Assembly (NCBI GenBank): GCA_051382295.1
Contig: JBBCAW010000004.1
Span: 1-64,000 of the forward strand
DNA from: Bdellovibrionota bacterium FG-1
Lineage (GTDB): Bacteria > Bdellovibrionota > UBA1018
Direction: 5' to 3'
Length of the DNA stretch: 64,000 nt
Notes under the pieces: model-generated
What the model saw: the letters and a program-made list of their open reading frames with translations, nothing else
Told to the model about the DNA's origin: nothing
Database searches by the model: none
Translations under genes and position numbers: made by a program
Part shown: in pieces, positions 27,781-36,904 of the stretch
Layout of the letters: every line of letters begins with the position of its first letter
Position numbering within the stretch: the first letter of the stretch is position 1

Positions 27781-28025
27781 AATCCCGACCCCCGTTTTAA
27801 TTAATCGACCTATTCAATTAGCCTATCAGACTTTCGCATTAACGCAACTGCGTCACGCAGTACCTAGGAGGGGGTGCCTCAATTTCAGTGACATCATCAA
27901 CACTTAGAGCGAGGTCTCGGGTGCCTGAAGCGTCAAAGGCACCTCAAGTTCCCCCGATCACCCTTCAAAGACCCCCGACCAAAAATCCCACCAGGTCAAA
28001 ATAGTCTAAAGGCAAATACCCCCTA

Positions 28026-29180
28026 ATGAACCGCTATCGGACCCTTCCCATTCAAAAAGATCTCGATAAAAAGATGGTTTGGGTGAGTGGTCCCCGACAA
28101 TGCGGAAAAACGACGCTCGCCCAGTTTTTTCTAAAAAATGAGACCTCGGGAATTTACCTCAACTGGGACGACCCCGACCATCGCAAAATCATCCTTGCCC
28201 GCAAATGGTCCGAAGATGCCGGTCTCATCGTGCTGGACGAAATCCACAAATACCCGAAATGGAAAAGTTGGCTCAAAGGAACCTACGACACCACCCATGA
28301 CCGCCACCGATTTTTGGTCACTGGCAGCGCCAGACTTGATGTCTATCGCCGAGGCGGTGACTCCATGCTCGGCAGATATCATGCCTGGCGACTCCATCCT
28401 TTCTGCATGAGTGAGCATCCCAAGGAACTTTCACGCGAAGAAGCCTTTCGACGCCTCATGACTGTGGGCGGGTTTCCCGAGATATTCCTCAGTGGTGACC
28501 TAGTCGAGGCCAAACGATGGAGACGAGAACGGCGAGAACTGGTTTTACGAGAGGACGTCCGAGACCTTGAACAGGTTCGGGATATTGCGCTTCTTTCGGT
28601 TCTCGTTGATCTCTTGGCCACGCGAGTCGGAGGACCCGTCGCCTTTTCGAACCTGGCCGAGGATCTTCAGGTCGCTCCAAAAACCGTCAAACATTGGGTG
28701 GAAATTCTGGAACGGATGTTTCTTTTTTTCCGGGTTTTGCCCTATTCAAAATCCCTTCCGCGGGCCATCAGCAAAGCGCCTAAAATATTTTTTTACGACA
28801 ACGGTGATGTAGAACTCTCCGACAAAAACAACGACCTAGGACCCCGGTTCGAGAATCTCGTCGCCACTCACCTTTTGAAAAGACTGCACTATTTAGAGGA
28901 TTCCACCGGAGATCGGTTCGAACTCAATTATCTATTGGATAAAGAGGGTCATGAAGTCGATTTTTTGATTGTTCAAAATCGTAAACCGGTCTGCCTGATC
29001 GAAGCAAAGTGGGGAGATTCATCCCCTTCAAAAAACCTCACGTACTTTGGCCAAAAACTGAACATCAAGAACCGCATTCAGCTCGTGGGCGACCTAAAAA
29101 AGGGCGGCGTTTATTCCAACATCTCCGTTCAACCGGCAGCCGAATGGTTGAGTCAACCGCTGGATCGTGTGGTGTTTTAG
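28026..29180 (+). CDS. AAA_14 ATPase with DUF4143 domain
   Basis: GPRQCGKTT, LDEIHK, VTGSA, FENLV, C-terminal EVDF...IEAK. Confidence 0.93.
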   Translation: MNRYRTLPIQKDLDKKMVWVSGPRQCGKTTLAQFFLKNETSGIYLNWDDPDHRKIILARKWSEDAGLIVLDEIHKYPKWKSWLKGTYDTTHDRHRFLVTGSARLDVYRRGGDSMLGRYHAWRLHPFCMSEHPKELSREEAFRRLMTVGGFPEIFLSGDLVEAKRWRRERRELVLREDVRDLEQVRDIALLSVLVDLLATRVGGPVAFSNLAEDLQVAPKTVKHWVEILERMFLFFRVLPYSKSLPRAISKAPKIFFYDNGDVELSDKNNDLGPRFENLVATHLLKRLHYLEDSTGDRFELNYLLDKEGHEVDFLIVQNRKPVCLIEAKWGDSSPSKNLTYFGQKLNIKNRIQLVGDLKKGGVYSNISVQPAAEWLSQPLDRVVF

Positions 29181-29336
29181 GCTAGCATCAAGCAACATCT
29201 TTTCTTTTCTTATGAAACCTCGAAAAATCAATTTTTATTGGCTTCAACCGCGTTATCCAGCACCTCGACACGAAGTTAAAAACTATGTTAATTTACATAA
29301 TTCAATAGATATAATTATTATTTTAAACATAAAAAT

Positions 29337-29365
29337 TTGACATAAATTCTATTATTTTACATACT
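29337..29365 (+). promoter_or_regulatory. sigma70-type promoter of the mobile-mystery pair
   Basis: TTGACA-N17-CATACT in a very AT-rich tract. Inverted repeat tatgt-N6-acata at 29284-29299. Confidence 0.65.
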
Positions 29366-29376
29366 TCATTTGAGGT

Positions 29377-29829
29377 ATGTACATGAAAGAATTAGACTCA
29401 CTTGCCATCGAACAGGCTAATCGCCGCCTAAAGTCCATTCGTAAGGCGCTACCTGACACAAAAGTTCGCCCGGGTTGGATTCGCTACATGCGTCAGTCGC
29501 TGAGCATGACCTTAAAGCAACTTGCCACCCGTACTGGCCTGTCGATTCCGACCGTCGCCCAGGCAGAACGAGGAGAGGCTGTGGGCAAGGTCACCATTAA
29601 CACGCTTAAGACAATGGCCCAGGCGATGGATTGCGAACTCATCTATGCGTTTGTGCCGAAAACCGATCTCGACCAACTGATGAAAAAGGCCGCTCTCAAA
29701 AAGGCAGCAATCCTTCTGAGCACGGCAGACGTTCACATGACCCTCGAAGATCAACGCGTGAATGAGTCGGTGGAAAAGCGGATCGAACGCCTGGCCGAGA
29801 AACTTTTGAAGAAAGGAGACGTGTGGTGA
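29377..29829 (+). CDS. Mobile mystery protein A (XRE HTH)
   Basis: GWIRYMRQSLSMT, AERGE, MDCELIYAFVP, HMTLEDQ. Overlaps a Fic gene. Confidence 0.9.
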   Translation: MYMKELDSLAIEQANRRLKSIRKALPDTKVRPGWIRYMRQSLSMTLKQLATRTGLSIPTVAQAERGEAVGKVTINTLKTMAQAMDCELIYAFVPKTDLDQLMKKAALKKAAILLSTADVHMTLEDQRVNESVEKRIERLAEKLLKKGDVW

Positions 29830-30422
29830 ATAACTTTTTATTTAAAGATCGAGACGGCCAAACACCCTTACCGCCTGAGCTTCAAAAAGGCTTAAAGCCA
29901 AAGCACATCCAAACTATGGCTGAGCTCGATGAATACGAAGAGCAAAACATTGCATTAGGAATCGCGTGGCTCAAGGGCCAGAAAGATGGAGGCGTCACCT
30001 ATGATTTCTGGCTGAAGCTGCACAAACGCCTCTTTAGCGATGTTTGGAGGTGGGCGGGCGAAGTAAGAAAGCACGAGCTCAACAATCCTGACTTTCACTC
30101 GCCTCATCAGATTTGGACGGCACTGAGACAGCTAGAGGGGGACCTGGCCTACTGGATCAAAGAGAAGTCATTTTCCAAGGCCGAAACTGCGGCTCGTTTT
30201 CACGAAAGAATTGAAACGATTCACCCGTTCGCGAATGGGAATGGTCGCTTTGGACGAATTTTAGTCGAGTATTTCTGTGGAAAAAACGACTGGAAGGTTC
30301 CAACATGGGGACACGCTTTTAAGGACTCACCAAAGGACCGAAGAATGACTTATATCGCGTCTTTGGATCAAGCGCGTCGCAAAGGTGGTTACAAACGACT
30401 CGTTGAATTCATGTTTTCTTAA
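29823..30422 (+). CDS. Mobile mystery protein B (Fic domain)
   Basis: GQTPL, ELDEYEEQNI, LHKRLFSDVWRWAG, Fic motif HPFANGNGRFGR. Confidence 0.92.
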   Translation: MVNNFLFKDRDGQTPLPPELQKGLKPKHIQTMAELDEYEEQNIALGIAWLKGQKDGGVTYDFWLKLHKRLFSDVWRWAGEVRKHELNNPDFHSPHQIWTALRQLEGDLAYWIKEKSFSKAETAARFHERIETIHPFANGNGRFGRILVEYFCGKNDWKVPTWGHAFKDSPKDRRMTYIASLDQARRKGGYKRLVEFMFS

Positions 30423-30469
30423 GAGGCGCGTGATTATTAAAACCGCGACATTTCCTGGAATTTACCTCA

Positions 30470-30757
30470 ACTCGGTAAATGACAGAAATAGCCAAATGAA
30501 AGGCGTCTATGCTGGCACGAGGAGGAATCTTCAGCTTGCGGCGCAACTCTTCAGCGAGCATTCCTACTTCATCTGTCGTCGCTAAGAGTCGAAATAACTG
30601 GTTCAATTTTTGGCAGTGTCTTTTCCCACCAATCTTGAGTGACTTGTTGTTTGTAAATTTTATCGATGTCTTTGGCGCGCCTGGACGTCAAATAGCTGGG
30701 GATCGTAGTCTCAATGTATACGGTGGGTCTTTTCTTCTTTAATACGATATTGCCCAT
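30470..30757 (-). pseudogene. PIN-domain (VapC-like) toxin remnant
   Basis: VYIETTIPSYL...QQVTQDWW...IS in one frame and TDEVGMLAEEL...IPPRASIDAFHLAIS in another. The middle and the LLTWN-type C-terminus are missing. Confidence 0.8.
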
Positions 30758-30851
30758 TTGTGCCTCTATTTAACTCTCGACTCATACATGCTAGCAGATT
30801 CTAAACAAAACCGGACTTCAAATCCAACAGTACATTCAGGCTAAAGCATGG

Positions 30852-30936
30852 ATCTCCATCCAATCCGCTGTCGTATGGTTGAGTCAACTGATACGATTTG
30901 TGGGGCGGCCCAATTTTTGAGCATCATAAACATCTC
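30852..30936 (+). repeat. Degenerate copy of the 3' end and flank of the AAA_14/DUF4143 gene
   Basis: 30852-30888 matches 29121-29157 at 30/37 nt by eye. The downstream agcatca..aacatct is also shared. Confidence 0.7.
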
Positions 30937-30940
30937 AAAT

Positions 30941-31278
30941 TCCCCCAGTCGCCCCTCAAAGACCCCCGACCAAAAATCCCAGAAAGTCCAAATCGTCTAG
31001 ACTAAAATGACCAGTAGGTCAAATTAGTCATACGGCGGAAAGACCACCCTTGCTCATGCCTTGCTAGCGGCCGCCCCCTCGGACATTTACCTCAATTGAG
31101 ACGACCCAGACCATCGCAAAACCATCCATGGCGACTCCATCCTTTCGGCGCCTCATGACCGTGGGGGGATTTCCCGAGATTTTTCTCAGCGGTCTGCCTG
31201 ATCGAAGCAAAGTGGGGCGGTGTTTATTCAGGCATCTCCGTCCAACCGGCAGCCGAATGGTTGAGTCAACCGCTGGAT
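30941..31278 (+). pseudogene. Collapsed copy of the AAA_14/DUF4143 gene plus its upstream region
   Basis: Shares caaagacccccgaccaaaaatccca with 27966-27990. Colinear pieces GKTTLA..IYLN*DDPDHRK / WRLHP / RRLMTVGGFPEIFLSG / CLIEAKWG / ISVQPAAEWLSQPLD are separated by four deletions. Confidence 0.9.
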
Positions 31279-31546
31279 ATTGAGTCAAGTTTCCAGCGCT
31301 AAAACTGCGTGTGCTGAAACTTTTTTCTTGCCATGGGTTTGAAAATTAAGTTCCAAAATTCGACCAGAGACTCTTTGTTTCGTCTAAACGCGGCCCTATT
31401 TGGCTGAATTTCGCTCAAATGCCGTCGGCAGGCTTTTTTGTTCATTTTTAAAACAGTTTTCCACGGTGCGCCTCCGAGCGGCCTAAATTTAAGTGTAAAA
31501 AGCCATGTTACGAAAACAGGGCGAACCTAAAAGGAGTGTCTGTTTT

Positions 31547-32230
31547 ATGCGACCCCGCGATTTTGTTTTAGCCGAACTTAAACAAGCTGTTACCGAAGAA
31601 AGAAAGTCTCAAATTCGTGTTCTGCACCTACTTCTGGAAATAGAGACTGACCGCCACTACTTGACCATGGGTTATCCCAGCCTGTTTGAATTTACGACCC
31701 AGGAACTTCAATATAGCGCGGGAGCGGCCATGAGGCGAATTCAGTCCATGCGCTTGCTAAAAGTATTTCCAGCGGTGGAAACAAAAATTGAACGAGGCGC
31801 GCTTTCACTTTGCACCGTCGCTCATACTCAGTCTTTTTTTAGAAACGAAGATTTAAAACGAAAAGAACAAGGCCTACCCAAAATGGATCTGGACGAAAAA
31901 GCAGAAATCCTTGAATCGATCGAGCACCTTTCACTCCGAGAAACGGAAAAGAAATTAGCCCAAATTTCGCCGGAGGCCGCGCTCCCGAAGGAGAAGATTC
32001 GTGCGGTATCGGCCGACAAAACAATGATTCAGTTCTTAGCTAGCGAAGAGCTGATGAAGAAGCTTGATAAGCTCAAAGGCCTGCTTGCCCCTCAGAACGA
32101 GCGCGGAAGTTATGAAGGACTGTTTGAGTTATTGGCCGAGCTTGCTTTAAAGAAGTTGGACCCGGAGGAGAAAGAAATAAAAACTAGGACGGGGAAGGCT
32201 CCGGTAAGGTCACCCAGTCTTCAGGGCAGT
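31547..32230 (+). pseudogene. N-terminal region of a Bdellovibrio-type HNH endonuclease family protein; HNH domain absent
   Basis: AAGGAG RBS; EERK..VLHLLLEIE..YLTMGYPSLFEF...YSAGAAMRRI pattern. No CxxC/HNH motif. The ORF runs on to 32404 antisense to murB. Confidence 0.65.
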
Positions 32231-32232
32231 CC

Positions 32233-33186
32233 TCAGAGCAACCCACCCACCCGCAGGACTTCTTCCTCGATCTCGACGCCCAACTCCGCGCGCGCCCGGC
32301 TCTTTGCGAGCTCAATCAGCGCGCCCACATCCGCGGCAGTCGCGCCCCCGAGGTTGACGATAAAGTTGGGATGCTTCTCCGAAAACTGTGCGCCCCCAAT
32401 TTGATGCCCCCGCAGTCCGAGCCGCTCGATGACTTCCCAAGCCCGCAAGCCGCTCGCTCGAGGATTTTTGAACACGCTCCCACAAGACGGCAGCTCAATC
32501 GGTTGCGAGGTCTTTCGCCGGGCCAAAGTCTCATCAATTCGGGCCTTCACTGCAGCGGGATCATCTTTGCTCACTTCCCAATCCACAGACCAAACCAGGC
32601 TTCCCTCGGGCAAAAATAAATTACGGCGATACTCAAACCGGAGTTGTTCGCCCTCGCAAACCACTCGCTCTAAACTCCCGCCACCCAAAACAAAAGCCTC
32701 AACTCGCCTCACACGATCTTTGGCTTCACCCAGATGCGTGCCCGCATTCATGGCGATCACGCCGCCCATCGTTCCCGGAATCCCCGTCAAAAGCTCGAGT
32801 CCGCCCCACCCTTCAGCGGCGGCACGCCTGAGCAACGCTGATACCGCCACGCTTCCACCGATTCGAATTCGCCCCGACGAGGGAAGCTCTTCAATCTGCA
32901 GATTCAGCCGTCCGGCCCGAATGATCAGTCCACTAAAACCCTCGTCGGCAACCAATAAATTAGAGCCTGCACCCAGCACAAAATGAGAAACACCCGTTTC
33001 GCGAATGCCTCGAAAAAGCCACTGCAGATCGGCCTCAGATTTTGGAGCCGCATAAATCAGCGCTGGCCCGCCAATCCGATAATACGTGTGTCGCGAAAGA
33101 GGCTCATCAAAAAGTAAAGAGCCGCTAAAACCATGAGCGCCCGCGCGGAACCAATTTTGCATCTTTTGCATGATCGCGGAATCCAC
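32233..33186 (-). CDS. murB: UDP-N-acetylmuramate dehydrogenase
   Basis: HTYYRIGGPA, GAGSNLL, GIPGTMGG, MNAG, SCGSVFKNP, EEEV. Start GTG 33186 or ATG 33171. Confidence 0.97.
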   Translation of the reverse strand: MDSAIMQKMQNWFRAGAHGFSGSLLFDEPLSRHTYYRIGGPALIYAAPKSEADLQWLFRGIRETGVSHFVLGAGSNLLVADEGFSGLIIRAGRLNLQIEELPSSGRIRIGGSVAVSALLRRAAAEGWGGLELLTGIPGTMGGVIAMNAGTHLGEAKDRVRRVEAFVLGGGSLERVVCEGEQLRFEYRRNLFLPEGSLVWSVDWEVSKDDPAAVKARIDETLARRKTSQPIELPSCGSVFKNPRASGLRAWEVIERLGLRGHQIGGAQFSEKHPNFIVNLGGATAADVGALIELAKSRARAELGVEIEEEVLRVGGLL

Positions 33187-33188
33187 AA

Positions 33189-34583
33189 TTACCTCTGCCC
33201 CAGGGCCTCGATGAGTCGCTCCGGCAACCGCGTAATCGAACCAGCGCCGCAGCAAAGCACTAGATCACCCGAGGTCATGCGCTTCAAAACTTCATCGCCG
33301 GCGGAAAGCAGATCTCCCACATGCACGATCTCCTGCCCCGGATTGGCCACTTTTCGAATCGCCGCCACGAGACGCGCCGAATCCACACCCTCGATCGGGT
33401 CTTCGCCAGCCGCGTAGATATCGGTAATTAAAACGACATCACTCTTATGAAAGGCCGACAAAAACCCATCCCGACAATGCAAGGTTCGCGAATACCGATG
33501 CGGTTGAAAGACCGTGATAATCCGCCCTGGCCAATAACCTCGAGCGGCCGCAAGAGTCGCCGCAAGCTCAGTGGGGTGATGCGCATAATCGTCCACAATC
33601 ACACGCTTGCCGGCCTGATCTTGCCAGCGAATTTCAAAACGGCGTTTCACACCTTTAAACTGCTCCAATCCTCGCGCAATCATGGAAAAGTCAATTCCCA
33701 TATGCATCCCAATTGCCACCGCTGCCAAAGCATTCAAGACATTATGTTCGCCTGGCACATGCAATCGAACTTGCCCCAATACCTGCCCTCGACTTCGAGA
33801 AAACACTTCAAAGGTCGAACCCAAACCCTGGATCTTCACTGTCCGCGCTGAATAGTCCCATTCGTCAGACAAGCCATACGTGACAATCGGCTTACTCACG
33901 CGATTCAAGATTCGACGCACTCCGGGGTCCTCGCCACAAACCGCTGCGACCCCATAAAATGGCAACTCTCCAATGAACGCCACAAAAGCATGATCAATGG
34001 CTTCGAGACTTCCGTAATGATCCAAATGATCGTTATCAATATTAGTGATGATCGCCAAAGTCGCCGGGAGATGCAAAAAAGAGCCATCACTCTCATCCGC
34101 TTCGGCCACTAAAAAGCGCCCTTGCCCCAGCTTGGCATTGCCCCCTAATGAATCAACTTTACCCCCAATCACAATGGTGGGATCCAGGCCCGCGACCATC
34201 AGTACTGTCGCTAACATCGAGGTCGTCGTGGTTTTGCCATGAGTGCCCGCCACGGCGATCCCTGTCCGCCCCCGCATCAGCTCACCCAACATCTCCGCCC
34301 GCGGAATAATGGGGATTCGCAAGCGCTTGGCTTCGACCACTTCGGGATTCGTCGGTCGAACGGCCGATGAAATGACCACGACCTTCGCGCCCACGACATT
34401 TTCGGCGCGATGTCCGATGGAGATGCGTGCTCCAATCTGCGCCAGATGCCGAGTGGTTTCGGATTCGGCCTGATCAGAGCCTGTCACCGGATAACCTTGA
34501 TTGAGAAAAACCTCCGCGATCCCACTCATACCGATGCCACCAATTCCGACAAAGTGAAGCGGTGTTTCGTAACGCTTATGCAT
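33189..34583 (-). CDS. murC: UDP-N-acetylmuramate--L-alanine ligase
   Basis: GIGGIGMSG, GTHGKTTT, EADESD, DDYAHHPTE, FQPHRYSRT. Confidence 0.99.
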   Translation of the reverse strand: MHKRYETPLHFVGIGGIGMSGIAEVFLNQGYPVTGSDQAESETTRHLAQIGARISIGHRAENVVGAKVVVISSAVRPTNPEVVEAKRLRIPIIPRAEMLGELMRGRTGIAVAGTHGKTTTTSMLATVLMVAGLDPTIVIGGKVDSLGGNAKLGQGRFLVAEADESDGSFLHLPATLAIITNIDNDHLDHYGSLEAIDHAFVAFIGELPFYGVAAVCGEDPGVRRILNRVSKPIVTYGLSDEWDYSARTVKIQGLGSTFEVFSRSRGQVLGQVRLHVPGEHNVLNALAAVAIGMHMGIDFSMIARGLEQFKGVKRRFEIRWQDQAGKRVIVDDYAHHPTELAATLAAARGYWPGRIITVFQPHRYSRTLHCRDGFLSAFHKSDVVLITDIYAAGEDPIEGVDSARLVAAIRKVANPGQEIVHVGDLLSAGDEVLKRMTSGDLVLCCGAGSITRLPERLIEALGQR

Positions 34584-35682
34584 GATTCAAAGTCTCCACT
34601 ATCATTCGGGCCGCATCCGGCCGATAAAACCCGATCACGGCTTGCTCCATTCGATCGATTTGAGAGGGATCCATCACCGCCTGGCGAATAAACGAGGCCA
34701 ACTGTGCACCCGCCCCGGGGCCTTGCTTGAGCAAAAACGCCCCGCGGGCATCCGTAAAAACCCGCGCATTCGTTTCCTGATGATTGTCCGCAGCCGTAGG
34801 CAAGGGCACTAAAACTGCTGCGCGCCCCACCGCCGCAATCTCCGCCAGAGTAGAGGATCCTGATCGGCAGATCAAAAGCGAGGACTGGGCGTAAGCCTCC
34901 GGCATTTCGTAAATAAATTTTTCCACCCGGGCTTGGCTTTCCGCTTGGCGATGTCCTTCAACCACCCTGTTATAATCTAACTCACCCGTTTGATGAATAA
35001 AGCGTAAACGGTGCTTAAGATCCTGCAAAAGAGGCAAGGCCTCCAGAACTAGCGAATTGATGCCAAGTGCCCCCTGAGAACCCCCAAAAATAAAGATGAC
35101 AAAGGGGTCTCGTGGGGCCGACACCAGGCGAGTCATGACACTTCGAACGGGATTGCCGGTGATCAAAATGCGGGAATTCCGAAACTGTTTTTCAGTCCCC
35201 GGAAAACTGCAAAAAACAAAATCCACAAACCGACCCAGAATCCGGTTGGTAAAACCTGGAACTGAATTTTGTTCCAAAATCGCCGTCCGCGCGTGGGCGA
35301 GTCCTAAACCTCGCAAAATTCTCGCCATCAAAACTAAGGGGCCCGAGGCAAACCCCCCCACCCCAATCACGGCCTTTGGCTGATACCGGATAATCCAGCC
35401 CGCCGATTTTAAAAGCGACAACGGAAGTTGAACCATCGTCTTGAGACGCCGTGTCCAGCCCACTCTCTTCAGCGATCCGAGTTGCAGCAGCCGCAACGGG
35501 TAGCCGGCCCGGGGCACCAGCTTTTCTTCAATTCGTCCCTCGGCCCCTACAAAAACGATCGAGGTCTCGGACCCAAAATTTTGTTTCCAGGCATCCGCAA
35601 TCGCAATCCCTGCGAACACGTGCCCCCCCGTTCCTCCACCTGCGACCATCAGTCCCGAAGAAATAGGGCTTGAGTCACCCAC
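34576..35682 (-). CDS. murG: Lipid II GlcNAc transferase MurG
   Basis: GGGTGGH, EQNSVPG, GNPVR, GGSQGA, HQTG. Likely GTG start at 35682. Confidence 0.98.
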   Translation of the reverse strand: MGDSSPISSGLMVAGGGTGGHVFAGIAIADAWKQNFGSETSIVFVGAEGRIEEKLVPRAGYPLRLLQLGSLKRVGWTRRLKTMVQLPLSLLKSAGWIIRYQPKAVIGVGGFASGPLVLMARILRGLGLAHARTAILEQNSVPGFTNRILGRFVDFVFCSFPGTEKQFRNSRILITGNPVRSVMTRLVSAPRDPFVIFIFGGSQGALGINSLVLEALPLLQDLKHRLRFIHQTGELDYNRVVEGHRQAESQARVEKFIYEMPEAYAQSSLLICRSGSSTLAEIAAVGRAAVLVPLPTAADNHQETNARVFTDARGAFLLKQGPGAGAQLASFIRQAVMDPSQIDRMEQAVIGFYRPDAARMIVETLNHA

Positions 35683-36904
35683 TGCTCGCCTCACTGGGAG
35701 CGGGAAGGTTTCGAGAGGGATACTGAGGCCCACGCGCAACACTGAGAAGCACCCCAACGGCAAAAAGATCCACTAACAAAGCCGAGCCCCCGTAGCTGAT
35801 GAAAGGAAGGGTCAGCCCTTTAGTCGGAAGAAGTCCCAAAACCACCGCCATATTCACAAAACCCTGAAGTCCCAAAGCGAGGGTGATCCCGGCAGCGAGC
35901 AGCATCCCGAAGCGATCTTCGTATTGCTGATGGGCTTTTAGCGCAATTTTTAGCCCCCGATAAATGAAGACTAAGTAGGCGACGATCACCGCCAATATGC
36001 CGAGAAACCCAAGTTCCTCGCCGATGACTGAAAAAATAAAATCGTTATGCGCCTCGGGTAGAAAAAATAGCTTTTCCTTGCCATTGCCCAACCCGACGCC
36101 CCAAAAACCGCCTTGATGAAGGCCCACGAGGGACTGCAAAATTTGGAACCCTTTGCCGCCCGGATCTTTCCAGGGATCCATAAACGTCATCAATCGCTGC
36201 CGGCGATAGGAGGATCCTAGAACTAGCACCGTCCCGACCAGCGCGGCTAATACGAGTGCACTCGCCAAATACCGTTTGGGAACACCCGCCAAAAACATCA
36301 GCAAAAAAATCACCAACGTAATCATGACGGTGGTGCCGAAATCAGGTTGAAAAAGCAGCAAGAGCATGGCAGGCAAAGGCACTACAAACTGGGCCAAAAC
36401 GCCCGCCGCCAAAGTGTGCACACGATCCTGCTTACGGTCGAGTTGGCGGGCTACAAAAAAGATCACGGCAAATTTTGCCAGTTCCCCGGGCTGAAAAGTC
36501 AAAGGCCCCAGTTTGAGCCAACGCTGGGCCCCCAAAACTCGAGTGCCTAGCCCCGGGACAAAAACCAGGGCCAGCAAAACCACCGAAAGCGCCAACCCCG
36601 GGTAAGCCCACTTTGCCCATCGACGGTAATCCACTCGGCAAACGGCAATCAGCGCGGTAAAACCCAGCGTCGCAAAAACGAGCTGCTTCTTAATAAAAGC
36701 GAAGCCGTCGCCCGTCTTTTCTTGGGCATAAATAAACGACGAACTATAAACCATCAACAACCCGAACACGACCATCGCGATGACCGTGAGGAGGAGCACC
36801 AAATCCACGCCTTGGCCCGGTAAAGGCCAGGGGCAGGTGTCGCCCTCTTTCGAGTTCTTAAAGTTGGCTGACCAGCTTTTTGAAATAATCGCCTCGTTCT
36901 TCAT
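35675..36904 (-). CDS. ftsW: SEDS peptidoglycan polymerase FtsW
   Basis: GAQRWL, FQPGELAK, QPDFGT, LPEAHNDFIF, PFISYGGS. Start uncertain (36904 or 36808). Confidence 0.97.
   Translation of the reverse strand: MKNEAIISKSWSANFKNSKEGDTCPWPLPGQGVDLVLLLTVIAMVVFGLLMVYSSSFIYAQEKTGDGFAFIKKQLVFATLGFTALIAVCRVDYRRWAKWAYPGLALSVVLLALVFVPGLGTRVLGAQRWLKLGPLTFQPGELAKFAVIFFVARQLDRKQDRVHTLAAGVLAQFVVPLPAMLLLLFQPDFGTTVMITLVIFLLMFLAGVPKRYLASALVLAALVGTVLVLGSSYRRQRLMTFMDPWKDPGGKGFQILQSLVGLHQGGFWGVGLGNGKEKLFFLPEAHNDFIFSVIGEELGFLGILAVIVAYLVFIYRGLKIALKAHQQYEDRFGMLLAAGITLALGLQGFVNMAVVLGLLPTKGLTLPFISYGGSALLVDLFAVGVLLSVARGPQYPSRNLPAPSEASSG

Noticed and set aside
27823..27849. TCTGATAG upstream of the 27780 gene as a FliA promoter
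   Set aside because: The -10 is imperfect and there is no TAAA-like -35 at 15-nt spacing.
27950..32230. Calling the island an IS, prophage or integron
   Set aside because: No transposase, integrase, phage gene, terminal inverted repeats or attC-like sites were recognised.
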